64,000 nucleotides of DNA from assembly GCA_048013815.1 (NCBI GenBank), contig CM106585.1, forward strand, positions 8,494,001-8,558,000, read 5' to 3'. Position 1 is the stretch's first letter. The number at the start of each line of letters is the position of its first letter. The notes beneath the pieces are model-generated. The model was not told the origin of the DNA. It searched no databases and saw only the letters and a list, made by a program, of their open reading frames with translations. The DNA is from Setoptus koraiensis (Eukaryota; Animalia; Arthropoda). Of the stretch, positions 61,701 through 64,000 are shown piece after piece. A program made the translations under genes and the position numbers.

Positions 61701-63840
61701 CAATACAATTTATATGTTATATATAAAACAAAATATATGTTTTGCGGTGATAACTGCAGTGTCTTGGCGTTGTATTTTCCAACTTTTTTGTAGGCCGCTC
61801 TCGCTCCTCCCACTGTGATTTTGCGACCAGTAATGGGAGGCAAGTTTGCCTCCCATGGGCTCGGGCGACACGGCACGAGAGAGGCTCAATTGTTAAATCA
61901 AGTGCGCACAATTGAGATGGAGCCGTCTCTTGCTATTAGCGGCAGTCGCTTGTAAATAGGCTTGCCGACCATCTGTCAGACGTTGCGAGCGACGACGGAC
62001 GACAAGAGGGCGCCCCAAGCCGGCCATATAACACACACACACACACACACATATATACATAACAAATAGAGCAAGTGACACACAGATAAAAAACTAAACT
62101 GCCCGTCCGACGAGCCCATTGAAATAAAGTGATATCCGCATGCCGCACGTATATGCAGCACGCCAGACAACAGCGACTCGTTATGTAATCGGTCGTTGTC
62201 GGGCGGCGTCTTGCAGGGTTCACGTTGCCACTGGCTGGCACCATTTGGGGTCCGCCAGCGCGCTCGTCAGCGTCGCGCCGGGAGCCCCAAACGGCGCGAC
62301 GCGAAACAGCGGCAAGCACTGGGCAAACGGCGAGCGCTTGGCAAACAGCGATAGACGGCAAAGGAAGGGCCAGACGCTGGTTATATCTATCATCTGGCTA
62401 GCAGATATTAGCGAGCTAGGGCAAATGTCGCGCGTTGAGATGTTTCAACTGGGGCGCCACTAAACTGGCCGCTGCAAGCGCTGAAAGCCGGCCGCTGCAA
62501 GCTGGCCGCTGCAAGCTGGCGGGGGCGCCATTGAGGCCCCGCTGACAAATCGAAAGTGAGCTCACTTTCGAGCCCGCCGCCAGTGGGGCCGGCCCGTCGG
62601 GCGGCCCACGACAAGCGGACGAAAATGAATTGTGATTTGGTGCTGGCCGGCTCAAGACACTGGCCAGCGCGCCGACCGCCAAGTGGCGGCGGCCCGGGCC
62701 AGCCAGCAGCGGGCCGGGCGAGACAAGTGGCGGCCCGAGCAGCGGACGGATATTTGCAGAAATTGCCAGTTCCGCTTGGGTGCCGTTTGGCGCCCCCGTT
62801 GTGGCCGGCGGCGCGCCAGCAAGCAGCGCCGGCTAGCTGCGGCCAGTGTCGCCAATGTCGCTAGGTCCTTTTTAGCGGCGTGGCTGTGATTACTGGTTAC
62901 TGTTGTTGCCAATTGTGTGTCGCTGGCACGACGACGGCCACGACGACCACCGTGACACGGCATAAACTGGCGCACCACACATAAACGCAGCCATGACGTA
63001 ATTGCATTCATGGTGTCATCCATACGCCACTGTGTGACGCAATATATGGATCATATCAAGACGACAGCGCACAATTGCCATGACCATTGTGCCACCACAC
63101 AAGCTGTGATATATGCCGCGATATATGCCGCGATATACGCCGTGATGTACGCCGTGATGTACGCCGTGATGTATGCTGGACAGTGGGGCCAGTGGGGCCG
63201 GCGGACGCATATATCACGATGCTGCCGCCAGCATGATGATGTGATGATATGTGTGAGCGGCAATTTACTCTCATTACAGCCGCTCGCTGGCCGCCGAGTG
63301 ACCCGCGCGGCCCGCTCCGGCCGCACCGCTGGCTCGCTGGGGCCCCGGCACGCAGCCGCACACAGCCCGTGCGAGGCGATAAATAGCTTGAAAACTAAAT
63401 TGAAATAGAACAGAATGGAACAACAAAATAAAATAAATCACCGCGCCGGCCGATTTATCCGACCACATTTATCTCTTTCAGTGACTCGGCCATGGGCTTA
63501 CGCTTCACCTCTCATGTCTAAATCGCTAAATCTCATTCAATTGGCCCTCTCTCCCTCTCTCTCTCTGCCCCCAACGCAACGCCATTGCAACTGACCAAAA
63601 CTGACCAAAACTCACCAATGAATTATGTCACAACGCACACGCCCGACTGTCGGATATCGCGTGCAAATCTCGCTCGTGCGCCGCTCAATCGCTCACCAGC
63701 TACTGGTCACTCCTATTGGCCTTGCTGGCCCTGCTTCGTGAGCCCCTTATTTCGTCCTTGGCCGGCCCGCCGACGTCGGTGCGGTCGCCGGCGTCGTTGT
63801 GGTCGCCGGCGTCGTTGTGGTCCTGGCTCGCCAACAGCGA

Positions 63841-63905
63841 CACAACAACAACAGCAGCAGCACAACAACAACAGCAACAACAACAGCAACAACAACAGCA
63901 ACATC
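63841..63905. repeat. (CAA/CAG)n trinucleotide repeat
   Basis: About 20 CAA/CAG triplets in GC-rich non-coding DNA. Confidence 0.85.
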
Positions 63906-64000
63906 AGCACCCAAATGGTCAGCGCTGCTGCTTTGTTGCCTACGCCCTACAGCTGACCAGCAGCTCTACCGGCCCCACCGGCCTCGTGGGCCCCATTGGG

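Noticed and set aside
59500-64000. Many overlapping short ORFs in GC-rich terminal region
   Set aside because: Same low-complexity composition as the Gad1 intron; no recognisable domains or consistent exon chain.

Overview
Eukaryotic (animal, arthropod-like) genomic DNA. The compact, intron-poor gene organisation resembles a mite with a reduced genome, but this is inference only. The left half is gene-dense: intronless GPAA1, an SLC22-type transporter, an orphan secreted-type ORF and the NDR kinase trc/STK38. A complete 9,290-bp Ty3/gypsy LTR retrotransposon follows (10732-20021; 443-bp LTRs, 4-bp TSD CGTT, tRNA-iMet-type PBS, -1 frameshift gag-pol), inserted between the divergent trc and DLD genes. 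After it come tRNA-Val(CAC), tRNA-Gly(GCC), an orphan ORF, Set1, and a head-to-head Set1-derived paralogue with two tandem n-SET/SET/post-SET modules. The right half holds an 8-exon Gad1 gene with a 10.3-kb GC-rich, repeat-laden intron, HYPK, an SLC25A42-like carrier, a tail-less adducin (hts-like) gene, a small secreted-type orphan and GC-rich non-coding DNA. Two systems stand out. (1) The retroelement has a catalytically dead native RNase H followed by a second intact cellular-type RNase H1 (retrovirus-like tether + RH architecture), a His/Cys-repeat integrase tail, and an intact 710-aa antisense gene ending in a C2H2-like finger. (2) The double-SET Set1 derivative shows reciprocal mosaicism with its parent gene. 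No database searches could be run, so novelty is unverified.
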